64,000 nucleotides of DNA. It comes from a virus (lineage: Duplodnaviria; Heunggongvirae; Uroviricota; Caudoviricetes). This document shows positions 10,489-19,643 of the stretch, piece after piece (position 1 is the first letter of the stretch; the number at the start of each line of letters is the position of its first letter). The translations under genes were made by a program, and so were the position numbers. The notes below the pieces were generated by a model. It saw only the letters and a program-made list of their open reading frames with translations, ran no database searches and was not told where the DNA came from. The stretch covers positions 10,740-74,739 of the IMG/VR virus record IMGVR_UViG_3300010362_000014. One strand, 5' to 3'.

Positions 10489-10704
10489 GTGGAGCGCTGG
10501 ATTAAGTCCTTTGTCATGCTTGTAGTGTTAATTATATGGTCGGTTTATATGGTTGCTAATATGGTCATTTACCTATTTGGGAGAGGCCCCCTACCGGAAC
10601 CAGCATTATGGGGGGTTCCTGGCGGTATATGGTTAGCACTTAATCCACCTTTTCCACCACTACGTAAGCAACCAGAGGCGGAGTCTAAGAGTGAATTACC
10701 TTGA
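10489..10704 (+). CDS. small membrane protein
   Basis: Hydrophobic N-terminal segment. Confidence 0.25.
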   Translation: MERWIKSFVMLVVLIIWSVYMVANMVIYLFGRGPLPEPALWGVPGGIWLALNPPFPPLRKQPEAESKSELP

Positions 10705-10763
10705 GCAATCAATACTCTGGATAATCGTTTTCCTCGTCTTAGGGGGAAGTGTTGGATTAGTTA

Positions 10764-11147
10764 TTGAAAAGAGGAGAAATGATAAGGAAAATTAAGCAAA
10801 TATTACTAAGCCAACAATTGGATTTTTTATTCAGAATTGCCATACTACTTACTTTAGCGGCAAGTTTGTGGTTCGCATTTAAAGCTAGAGAGATTCAAGT
10901 TAGGCAAGAACAATTGGCCAGATGTCAGCTTTCGTATAATATAACAAATAATCGTATATCGTCGCTTAGGAATACAATTGCGCAAGCGGACAGAGATGCT
11001 GTTGACAATATGATAAAAACCGTTACAAATGCCAAAAGTAGAGATGTGGTTAGAAATGCATTAACAACATATATAAAAACAAGGGAAAACAATGATAGAC
11101 TAAGAGACGCTCATCCGGTTCCTATCATCTCCGATTTTTGTGGGTGA
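10764..11147 (+). CDS. membrane-anchored hypothetical protein
   Basis: TM segment near the N-terminus (FLFRIAILLTLAASLWFAF). Confidence 0.3.
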   Translation: MKRGEMIRKIKQILLSQQLDFLFRIAILLTLAASLWFAFKAREIQVRQEQLARCQLSYNITNNRISSLRNTIAQADRDAVDNMIKTVTNAKSRDVVRNALTTYIKTRENNDRLRDAHPVPIISDFCG

Positions 11148-11150
11148 GAT

Positions 11151-11510
11151 ATGACCGCAACCCGCCATGACATAGTTATAGAACAGGGCTCCGCATTCAC
11201 TATGAATGTGCAAGCATTGAATGAAAATAAAACGGTCAAAGACTTAACTGGCTATGATGCCAGGATGCAGATTCGTAGTAGTATTACGTCCTCGGGCACT
11301 TTATTGAGTGCGACGACAAGCGGGGGACAGATTACGATAAATGCTCCGGGCGGCATTGTCATGGTGCGGGTTGGTGCGGATGTAACTGCAGTATTAACGT
11401 TCAATGATGCGGTATATGACCTTGAGGTTTACAAATCAGGGGATGTAACAGAAGTAATTAGACTCGTGGAAGGTTTTGTATCACTCAGTCCGGAGGTCAC
11501 TAGACCATGA
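11151..11510 (+). CDS. hypothetical structural protein
   Basis: ORF in the tail module. Confidence 0.3.
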   Translation: MTATRHDIVIEQGSAFTMNVQALNENKTVKDLTGYDARMQIRSSITSSGTLLSATTSGGQITINAPGGIVMVRVGADVTAVLTFNDAVYDLEVYKSGDVTEVIRLVEGFVSLSPEVTRP

Positions 11511-12367
11511 CAGCATTATTCGAATTAGCACGGCAGAAATTTCTAGGTGCCACTCTTGACTGGGATGGGCAGACATTCTCCGCCGTGCTGCTAGACTTGA
11601 CTCCAACAATTTCCGATGCCGGAGTTCGACAAATTTCTAGCTCAACAAACGCAACTCCTATTGTCGTGACTACTGCAGTTGCACATGGTTTCACAAACGG
11701 CGATATTGTATATGTAGATGGTATAGCCACCGGCACTAGTGGTAATGGCATATGGGCAATTACCGCTGCATCGGGCTCAGTATTCTCTCTTACCGATCCC
11801 GTGTCAGGGGCTAACGCCGTCGGTAATGGTGTTGGTTCTGGAGGATTTTGCTTTAATCTCGGTCCGTCCACATCTGGCGATTTCTTTGATGATTTCGATG
11901 CAGCCTTGATAGGATCTAAAGTTAACCTTACCGGAAATACCATTGTATCTGGTGTTGCCGATGCCAATGATGTCACCTTTACGTCTGTTTCTGGAAACTC
12001 AGTTGAAGCCTGGGCAATTATACGCGATACCGGTACCAACTCAACATCTGAAATGGTATGTATCAATACCGGCAAGTTTATTGTTACCTGTAATACTCTA
12101 CTATCGGCTGGTACAACTTTACTCGTCGAACCGTTAAGGGCCGGAATACCGAATGGTACAGTGCTTGCTTTTTCCTCTGGTCAAAGTGCGACTTTAAGTG
12201 CCCTGGCCAATGCTGGTGACCGCTCAATCACGGTATCATCGACTACAATTAATGCTGCCTCTCGCGCCCTAGCACCAGCTACGGGTTCAGGTTTACCGGT
12301 AACTCCAAATGGTGGCAATATTATTCTAACGTTCGACAATGGGGTCAATAAGATCTTCAAGTTGTGA
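11507..12367 (+). CDS. minor tail protein
   Basis: Coupled ORF, G/S/T-rich. Confidence 0.3.
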   Translation: MTALFELARQKFLGATLDWDGQTFSAVLLDLTPTISDAGVRQISSSTNATPIVVTTAVAHGFTNGDIVYVDGIATGTSGNGIWAITAASGSVFSLTDPVSGANAVGNGVGSGGFCFNLGPSTSGDFFDDFDAALIGSKVNLTGNTIVSGVADANDVTFTSVSGNSVEAWAIIRDTGTNSTSEMVCINTGKFIVTCNTLLSAGTTLLVEPLRAGIPNGTVLAFSSGQSATLSALANAGDRSITVSSTTINAASRALAPATGSGLPVTPNGGNIILTFDNGVNKIFKL

Positions 12368-12376
12368 GGAGTTCGT

Positions 12377-14626
12377 ATGGCTGACATCGTGCAATATAAA
12401 TCGGGTAGTATTGATAACGCGGCTTCTGCGACGATCACCTTTGATAATGCCACCGATGCCGGCAATACAATATTTATTATTGGCGGCTCCGGCATAAATG
12501 CTCCTACCGGAGTAGTTGGATTTACTACACCTACCGGTGGTGCAGGTTCGTTTAGCGAACAGCCATTTACCGGGTCTGGGTCATCAACGTCGCGTGTGCT
12601 TATTCAAGCTTGGGCACAAAAAAATGTAGCTGCGGGGGAAACGTCTTATACTCTTCCTGCGAATACCTTATTAAATACCGGCTGCTGGATAGCAGTGGAA
12701 GTTACTGGTCTATGGGATGGATCATTTAGTAATGGTGTAGCTAGTAGTACGCTGGAGCCGCCGTACTATTCCACTACCTCTAAAGATGCATCGGATGCAA
12801 CAGGCGAAGTATCTTCAATTACTTCTCCAAATGTTCCATCCGATCTTGATACATTACAATCCACTAGATTTTATTTGTCACTTGGAATTAGTGCATTTTT
12901 AGCTAATGAGCCATCGTCAACACAGCCAGTTATTTCTGGGTATTCTACCGGACAGAATGAGTTAACACAAGTATCCATGACAGCTACTGCAGGTCACAGT
13001 CTCACTCTAGCCGTTACCTATCGTAAACATTATGACTTGGGACGATTCAATGCTAGCGCGAATGTATCACCAACATCTTACTTCACCGCCAATGAATTAA
13101 TATGGGCAGATGCGACTTCCAAGCACGCGCCCATCTTTGATGTTATGACTGGATTTGAAATGGGAACTACATCCGGTCTAACCTCAGTTAGTACCGCTGT
13201 TGCTGGAACTGGACCATTTGATAGTTCAGCGGGCAGCCCTGAAATAGTATCGACGTTTAAGCGTACGGGTAATTATGCATTGAAGCTTTCTTCTACGTCA
13301 GCGGCCGAATGGGTGGCGTGGACTGATACTGGAGTGCTGAGTGTTTGGCAGCCGAATGTTGCTAATCCAGCAACTTGTGCCATTACTGCTTTAGATCATT
13401 TTTATTTTGATACCTCGCTTCCTGGCAGTGACGTTGAGCTATTTTCTGTTGAAGCAGGTTCAACTAGTAACTCAGTGACCATTTGGTATCGCAGTTCCAG
13501 CCAAAAAATTGGTGTAAAAGTAGGTACTGGCACCGAGCAATTATCAGATGCTACCATTTCTGCGGATAAATGGGTCCAAATCAATATGCGATATTATTCC
13601 CGATCTACTACCCATACGTGCGATTGGCAGATCCGCTACGATAGTCTTGATTCAGCAACTTCACCCGTAAGTCAAACGCAAGCCAGCGCTACTGGCATGA
13701 CGGATAGTATGCCAAGCGCAGTAGTAATAGGTTCGAAATCTGCTCGAACCGTAACTGTATACCACGACGATGTATTTGTATGCAAACAACTTGGGCCGTA
13801 TCCTCTGGGTGACAGGAGAATTTCACCAGTATTACCGGACCAGACTGGGACACCCACCATTTCTGGTACTACTGCTAATTTCCAAACTTATTCAAGCAAT
13901 GGTACCGGTACGGCATGGAATGCAACTACTGCGCGCAGTTCTATAGATGATATGCCGCCTACTGTTGGTGCATCCGCGGATGGTATTATGCAAATCACTG
14001 CAGCCTCAAGTGATTATGTAGACATTCCAATGGATACATTAAATCTTGGGCAAACTATGTCACCAAAGGCAATACGTTGGTATGTTCCTATTTGGGCAGC
14101 ATCTGGAACGGCAGCTACTTTAGGCATCAAGGCTGTCGACGGCTCAAATACCCTATTTGATAGTACGGTAGCAGATCATGGTCAGGATTCTTCGGCAACC
14201 TTGTGGATCTGCGGCATGCATAGGCTATCAAATAATGGTCTTATCGCCCGTCTGTGGCAGCTTACTAAGACGCGCCTTGATGCTCTTTCATTGCGATTTG
14301 GATTCTCGACCGATGCTAACCCAGATGTTGGGATACATGCAGTTCTTGCCGAAGTTGCATGGGCTCCACCTGTAGAATTTGTAGTATCCGATTCATATGA
14401 TTCTCTAAATGGAGTGCATCGTGCGATTTTGCGCCAGGATCCTACAAGTGGTTCTGCATTAGGATTCTTGGTATCCACTCCTAATAATGGCAAGGGTGCC
14501 ACTTTCTCATGGAATGTGGATGGCACAGACAACAACCATTACGTTGCCACAAACTCCACTTGGACCGTTGATCTTAATCTTGATGGTGTAGGAAATCTTT
14601 TGAGTTATGGTCTTATTCCAGACTAA
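12377..14626 (+). CDS. large minor tail / tail fibre protein
   Basis: 749 aa, S/T/G-rich, in the tail module. Confidence 0.4.
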   Translation: MADIVQYKSGSIDNAASATITFDNATDAGNTIFIIGGSGINAPTGVVGFTTPTGGAGSFSEQPFTGSGSSTSRVLIQAWAQKNVAAGETSYTLPANTLLNTGCWIAVEVTGLWDGSFSNGVASSTLEPPYYSTTSKDASDATGEVSSITSPNVPSDLDTLQSTRFYLSLGISAFLANEPSSTQPVISGYSTGQNELTQVSMTATAGHSLTLAVTYRKHYDLGRFNASANVSPTSYFTANELIWADATSKHAPIFDVMTGFEMGTTSGLTSVSTAVAGTGPFDSSAGSPEIVSTFKRTGNYALKLSSTSAAEWVAWTDTGVLSVWQPNVANPATCAITALDHFYFDTSLPGSDVELFSVEAGSTSNSVTIWYRSSSQKIGVKVGTGTEQLSDATISADKWVQINMRYYSRSTTHTCDWQIRYDSLDSATSPVSQTQASATGMTDSMPSAVVIGSKSARTVTVYHDDVFVCKQLGPYPLGDRRISPVLPDQTGTPTISGTTANFQTYSSNGTGTAWNATTARSSIDDMPPTVGASADGIMQITAASSDYVDIPMDTLNLGQTMSPKAIRWYVPIWAASGTAATLGIKAVDGSNTLFDSTVADHGQDSSATLWICGMHRLSNNGLIARLWQLTKTRLDALSLRFGFSTDANPDVGIHAVLAEVAWAPPVEFVVSDSYDSLNGVHRAILRQDPTSGSALGFLVSTPNNGKGATFSWNVDGTDNNHYVATNSTWTVDLNLDGVGNLLSYGLIPD

Positions 14627-14644
14627 TGTGGAAGGCGGTATAGT

Positions 14645-15421
14645 ATGGCCGGAATGCCAACCGTTATTGGAGTTAGCGCCTCCGCTGCGGCGGGACAAGC
14701 AGCTATTACTCCGGCGTTTCCGTCTGGCTATACCGCCACTACAAATGATATAGCAATTACATTCTGCGAAACAGAAAATACAGATACTGTTACTCCTCCA
14801 AGCGGATGGTCTGCGGTAACGAATTCTACTGTATCTAGTGGTACCGTGACGCGCCTATGGGCTATTTGGAGACGTATACAGGCTGGGGATACTGCGCCAT
14901 CTATTGCCGATGCAGGTGATCACAATATTGGCAGAATGATTATAGTACGTGGGTGTGCTACATCTGGCAACCCATGGGATGTACTCGGAACTAGCACTGA
15001 GTTGGTAGCCGACACATCTGTATCCATTCCCGGTGTTACCACAACAGTTTCGAATTGTTTAGTATTATATGCAGTGAGTACAGGTCAAGACGGATCATCG
15101 TCTACAGCTGCATATTCAGGATGGGCAGATGCGACATTAGCCAATATTACCGAACAGATGGACAACTATACCGCATCAGGTCTAGGGGGCGGTTTTGGAA
15201 TGGCATCCGGAGAGATGGCTAGCGCTGGTGCGACAGGTGCAATGACCGCAACCCTTGCATTAACCGCAAATTTTAAGGCCCTAATGACAATTGCCCTCAG
15301 GGAAGAGCCCCCCGCTGCGGAACCAACGCACCCAACTATTCGTTCGCCAAGACCAATTGAAAATCCAGCATGGTCAGCACCGTACATTCCGACAAATCCA
15401 TCCACCCTTCTTGGAGGATAA
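14645..15421 (+). CDS. minor tail protein
   Basis: ORF in the tail module. Confidence 0.3.
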   Translation: MAGMPTVIGVSASAAAGQAAITPAFPSGYTATTNDIAITFCETENTDTVTPPSGWSAVTNSTVSSGTVTRLWAIWRRIQAGDTAPSIADAGDHNIGRMIIVRGCATSGNPWDVLGTSTELVADTSVSIPGVTTTVSNCLVLYAVSTGQDGSSSTAAYSGWADATLANITEQMDNYTASGLGGGFGMASGEMASAGATGAMTATLALTANFKALMTIALREEPPAAEPTHPTIRSPRPIENPAWSAPYIPTNPSTLLGG

Positions 15422-15424
15422 GTA

Positions 15425-15865
15425 ATGCGCCAGTCAGCCGGATATCGCACAACTGGTGCTGGATCATCTACCTTACCTATGGCCAGCTTATATGCTTCAT
15501 CGACTGGTGGCCTATGGCTGGTAGAAGTTGGCATAACAAACACCACAACCACTGCATTCGAATGCTCGCTGAAACGAGTTAGTACTGCTGGAACTCAGGG
15601 TACTGCCCAAACAGTGGTATACGAAGAGAATGACGTCAACTTTACTGCCAAAGGCGATCCACGAGATACTCATACGGTTGCGCCCACGCTCGTGGCTGGC
15701 GAGGTACGACGTGCATCAATTGGAGCATCCATCGGATCGGGTATCATATGGACGTTTGGTGGACGCGGTCTATTAGTTCCTTCTGGTACCGCCAATGGCG
15801 TAGCAGTAATGCCAATGACCGGTACCGGTCAGATTAGCGATGTTTATTGGAGCTGGGACGCCTAA
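15425..15865 (+). CDS. hypothetical structural protein
   Basis: ORF in the tail module. Confidence 0.3.
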   Translation: MRQSAGYRTTGAGSSTLPMASLYASSTGGLWLVEVGITNTTTTAFECSLKRVSTAGTQGTAQTVVYEENDVNFTAKGDPRDTHTVAPTLVAGEVRRASIGASIGSGIIWTFGGRGLLVPSGTANGVAVMPMTGTGQISDVYWSWDA

Positions 15866-15868
15866 ACT

Positions 15869-17029
15869 ATGGCAATTGCTGTTCGTCGCGCACCAACTAG
15901 GCAACCGCTGCCTGCGAGTCGTTTAGGCACTAGGCTGCTGCGTCCTTCAGCTATGTCCGGTCCTCCAGATCAGAATCTGAATGCATTTGCTGTAACATCT
16001 GAGGAAAAGTTTGGTAGCTCATCCATAACGCAAAATCTTGTAGCTGTTGGCATAACTTCCGAAGAGCGTTTCGGATTCACTGCAGTAGCTATGGCCATAA
16101 GTGTTCCAGGCATAGTGTCTCAAGAAAAATTTGGCAATACGCTAGTCGCTCAAGCAATTACTACACCAGGCATTAGTTCTGAGGAAAAATTTGGAAACTT
16201 TGTTGTATCGACAACATATACAGTTACTGCTTTTGCTGTACAATCCGAAGAACGATTCGGAAGCGCTGCTGTTGGACAATCTATCGTTGCATTTGCTATA
16301 ACGTCTGAAGAAAAATTTGGTAGTTCATCAATTACACAGAATATTGTAGCTGTTGGCGTAGGCTCAGAAGAACGCTTTGGTATAACATTCACTAGTTCAG
16401 TTATAACTTCTGCATCCATAGCCGGAGCAGAGCGGTTCGGCAGTTCATCACTAGCTCAGGGCGTACTTGGTATATCAATTTATTCGGAAGAGAAACTTGG
16501 TAATTCATCAATAACATCAATATATACAATAAGTGCGATTCCTATAGTATCTGAAGAAAGATTTGGCAATACGCTAGTATCTGCGACATATAACGTTGCA
16601 GCGGCTAGTATTACATCTGCCGAACAATTTGGGAATGGTTCAATAACTCAGAATCTTATTGCATTCCCAATAAGATCAGAAGAAAAGTTTGGGAATGCTA
16701 ATACTGTATTGATAATAACGGCTACACCGATTGGACCATCCGAAAAATTTGGTGTATCGGTATTAACTGCGGGTTCGGTAACAATAACAGCAGCATCAAT
16801 TCAGTCTGAGGAACGTTTTGGATTAACCGTAACTAGTCTCGGATTCCTTCAATTAATAATACTACCATTTTCGATCAAGTCCGAGGAAAGATTTGGTCCC
16901 ACTACATATATAGGCAACAGAATTGATATTGATGTAATATATACGCCCGCTCCTATACTATCATGGATTGATACATCCTCACCAGTAATTTCCATAGTTG
17001 GTGAATCAGTAGCCGCACTAGTTACGTAA
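15869..17029 (+). CDS. tandem-repeat protein (about 17 copies of a 22-aa SEE(K/R)FG repeat)
   Basis: The protein is almost entirely ...SEEKFG(S/N)xxxxQxhhAhxI(T/S)... repeats. Last gene of the plus-strand block. Confidence 0.5.
   Translation: MAIAVRRAPTRQPLPASRLGTRLLRPSAMSGPPDQNLNAFAVTSEEKFGSSSITQNLVAVGITSEERFGFTAVAMAISVPGIVSQEKFGNTLVAQAITTPGISSEEKFGNFVVSTTYTVTAFAVQSEERFGSAAVGQSIVAFAITSEEKFGSSSITQNIVAVGVGSEERFGITFTSSVITSASIAGAERFGSSSLAQGVLGISIYSEEKLGNSSITSIYTISAIPIVSEERFGNTLVSATYNVAAASITSAEQFGNGSITQNLIAFPIRSEEKFGNANTVLIITATPIGPSEKFGVSVLTAGSVTITAASIQSEERFGLTVTSLGFLQLIILPFSIKSEERFGPTTYIGNRIDIDVIYTPAPILSWIDTSSPVISIVGESVAALVT
15990..16900 (+). repeat. 66-bp in-frame tandem DNA repeat (about 14-17 copies) encoding the SEEKFG repeats
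   Basis: Periodic gaagaaaaatttgg / gaagaacgttttgg motif visible every 66 nt. Confidence 0.5.
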
Positions 17030-17494
17030 TAGTTCCACTTTTTCATTGAACCAATTTTTATCGTTTTTCATTAACCATACACACAGCACTCTTACAGCAT
17101 CCATGCCATGGGATACTCCTCGCTTATAATATCCTATGGCCTTTAACTTTTCATTATTCCAAAACGCTTTATTTTCAGATGATGAAATAGATGAAATAGA
17201 ATCAATATTGATACTGGATTCTTGTGCAACGAGTCTGATAACCCCGATCATCTCGATTGCCGTCAGGACAATGCCAGTCATTCCCTGACGGAATCGAAAC
17301 TCTTCAAATGTGACAATGTTTGGATTCACATCCCTAATGAAATTAGATAATGTGAAGTGTGGGTATAAGGACTTGGGCAGAGTTAATTCATCAGCATTAA
17401 TTAGGCCGTTTTGATATATCGCATATCCTGTTGTTGCTCCTGGGTCCAGCGATAATATTCTCATGGAGTTCCTGGAGGTATCCTCCATTGCCAT
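17018..17494 (-). CDS. RuvC-like Holliday junction resolvase
   Basis: N-terminal ILSLDPGATTGYAIY matches the RuvC catalytic motif (G-[IL]-D-P-G-x-x-x-G-[WY]-A). Confidence 0.55.
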   Translation of the reverse strand: MAMEDTSRNSMRILSLDPGATTGYAIYQNGLINADELTLPKSLYPHFTLSNFIRDVNPNIVTFEEFRFRQGMTGIVLTAIEMIGVIRLVAQESSINIDSISSISSSENKAFWNNEKLKAIGYYKRGVSHGMDAVRVLCVWLMKNDKNWFNEKVELLRN

Positions 17495-17694
17495 CCTACC
17501 TGTTCAATATGTAATGCTTTATTAAGACAATCACCACATCCGCATATTTCCTCGACAGACATCGACATATGACACCTATAACAATGATGTCGTAAATTTG
17601 AATTATTTTTTGTTCTTTTTCTGAGATTGTAAGTACAGCATTTGCATTGTGAACAATCTAACAATATATCTTCACCATTAATAGAATATGTCAT
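17461..17694 (-). CDS. small zinc-ribbon protein
   Basis: Multiple CxxC pairs (CSQCKCC...CYRCH...CGCGDC). Confidence 0.3.
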   Translation of the reverse strand: MTYSINGEDILLDCSQCKCCTYNLRKRTKNNSNLRHHCYRCHMSMSVEEICGCGDCLNKALHIEQVGWQWRIPPGTP

Positions 17695-17918
17695 TTCACT
17701 AGACTCGCAGAACTATTATCTCCAACCTTCAACGAAGCAAGAGACATTAATATTGACAATGTCATTGCACCAAGACCGAACCCTACTAAGTTCATCCAGG
17801 TTGTTTCAAATATATTAAAAGGGCCGGTGTCACTTACACCTAAATTTAGAAGTACTCCTTGAGCAAACGATTTGATTGCACGTTCAGCCAAATCCATCCA
17901 AAATTTCTTACTCCACAT
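17691..17918 (-). CDS. putative holin-like small membrane protein
   Basis: 75 aa with two hydrophobic segments and a charged C-terminus. Not assigned to any holin family. Confidence 0.25.
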   Translation of the reverse strand: MWSKKFWMDLAERAIKSFAQGVLLNLGVSDTGPFNIFETTWMNLVGFGLGAMTLSILMSLASLKVGDNSSASLVK

Positions 17919-18405
17919 TTATCGCACCCTTGCTCGGATCCAATCTATTGGCTATGGAGCGAAGTATATTTGCCGCAGTTTTTGCATCTTCGGTACTCGC
18001 CTCATCGGTAGTAATCAATTCTTGAATTACGCTAGCACTTGGATGGTCGTTGTCTAAGATTCTCTTCCTGGATTCCTGAAAAACGATTCTATAGATAGTC
18101 ATCGCAAATTTTTCTGGATAAAGGAATTACCATTCATTAGGCATCCTAGATATAATTTGCTTGATTTCTAGATTTCTATGTCCCATCCACGGCCCGCCGC
18201 TGGTTACTTTATCCCAACCAGAGCCATCTTCATTGTCTATGTAGAACGTTTGACCGTTTTGATAAATCTCTACGGCAAACCTCTCTTGTCCTATATATGG
18301 ACGTGCCCAATATTGAGGGAATTGTGGAGCATCTGCAACTATAACAGTCACTCTCTGTGCTCTGGCTGGCTCCCAATTCCATTCTGTTTTCATAGGCATT
18401 TACTC

Positions 18406-18675
18406 CTATGGATATGGAGGGTTATCTCCTATTAGCCATATTGGCCTATTCATTTCATTTGATCTAGATCGTGGATTTTTAGGATTGAGCCCCCAGATAT
18501 ATCCGGGCCACAGGCAATCTTCATCCTCACAATGAATATCCCATGCCGAATCGCACGGCATACACGCAGCCCAGTGCCCATTTTGGAAAAATGTATGGCA
18601 AGTAAGAATCATGTGAGTTTGTTTATTACAGATTGGACATAATCCAAGATCTTCTATAGTTGTTACAATTTTCAT
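18406..18675 (-). CDS. Cys/His-rich hypothetical protein
   Basis: CPICNK...CH...CMPCD...HCEDEDC. Confidence 0.25.
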   Translation of the reverse strand: MKIVTTIEDLGLCPICNKQTHMILTCHTFFQNGHWAACMPCDSAWDIHCEDEDCLWPGYIWGLNPKNPRSRSNEMNRPIWLIGDNPPYP

Positions 18676-19133
18676 TTAATTTCCTTTATGGAACCACTTA
18701 TTATTGCGCTCCATCCCCTTTTCTCTCTACTTCTTACAAGTTCTATCATAACTTCGTCGAGCATTCGGAATTCTCTAAGGTACATATCCATTATCCATTC
18801 GATGGCTTTGTCGATAGTATTCAAATCGTTATCTTCGCTATTTAGTATCGTCGTACGTATCATATAGCACGATCCTTTTCTTTTGGTGGAGGCGATAGCA
18901 CCTTAAATCCTGACGACATGTCAGTGGTATATAACCTAAGTATCCTCCAAATATCTTCTTATGTATTTTTTCTAGAACTAACATTATGGGTGTGCTAGGT
19001 CGTTCCCACAGGTGATGATACGCCCACGCAATAACATAGTATCTTGTTGGCTGCGAGATGATTTGATAATAGTAATCCTTTTCCTTTTCGCCATCATTTA
19101 TTTTTGTTACTGAATAAAGTCTATCAAAGGTAA

Positions 19134-19466
19134 TCATGATAATCTTTGTATCTCGCTAGCTAGAAATTCGTTCCAATCTGCGTAGATTTCAGTTGCCGGA
19201 TGGCAATGAAATATATTCTCCCGCTCACCGATTACAATGATACGATACATGTTATTGAACGTATGCAGTGCGATTCCGATACCATGTTCTATGTGCCTAC
19301 CGCCCTTGCCGCCGTTGCCAGTGAAGGATACAATTGCACCTGCGGTCATAAGATCGTTCAAATCGTGACTGCCAAATTTCCAGCATCCTGCGGGTCTGCC
19401 GCTAATTCTTGCGGTGTAAAGGATGCTGTTAATCCTCCGGTTATATCCTGATGTATATCGATCCAT
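19134..19466 (-). CDS. hypothetical protein
   Basis: ORF only. Confidence 0.25.
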   Translation of the reverse strand: MDRYTSGYNRRINSILYTARISGRPAGCWKFGSHDLNDLMTAGAIVSFTGNGGKGGRHIEHGIGIALHTFNNMYRIIVIGERENIFHCHPATEIYADWNEFLASEIQRLS

Positions 19467-19643
19467 CGTGATATAACTCGTGCATTAGGAAATGTTGATA
19501 TTAATTCATCTCGATATTTACGTAATTCAGCATTGCGGGAATATCTACCAGCGAAGTAATACCACATCCACATCACTTATATTCTCCTCGATCAAATATA
19601 TTAATGATGTTCACTAGTTCCGAATAGTCGAGAGAATAATTAA

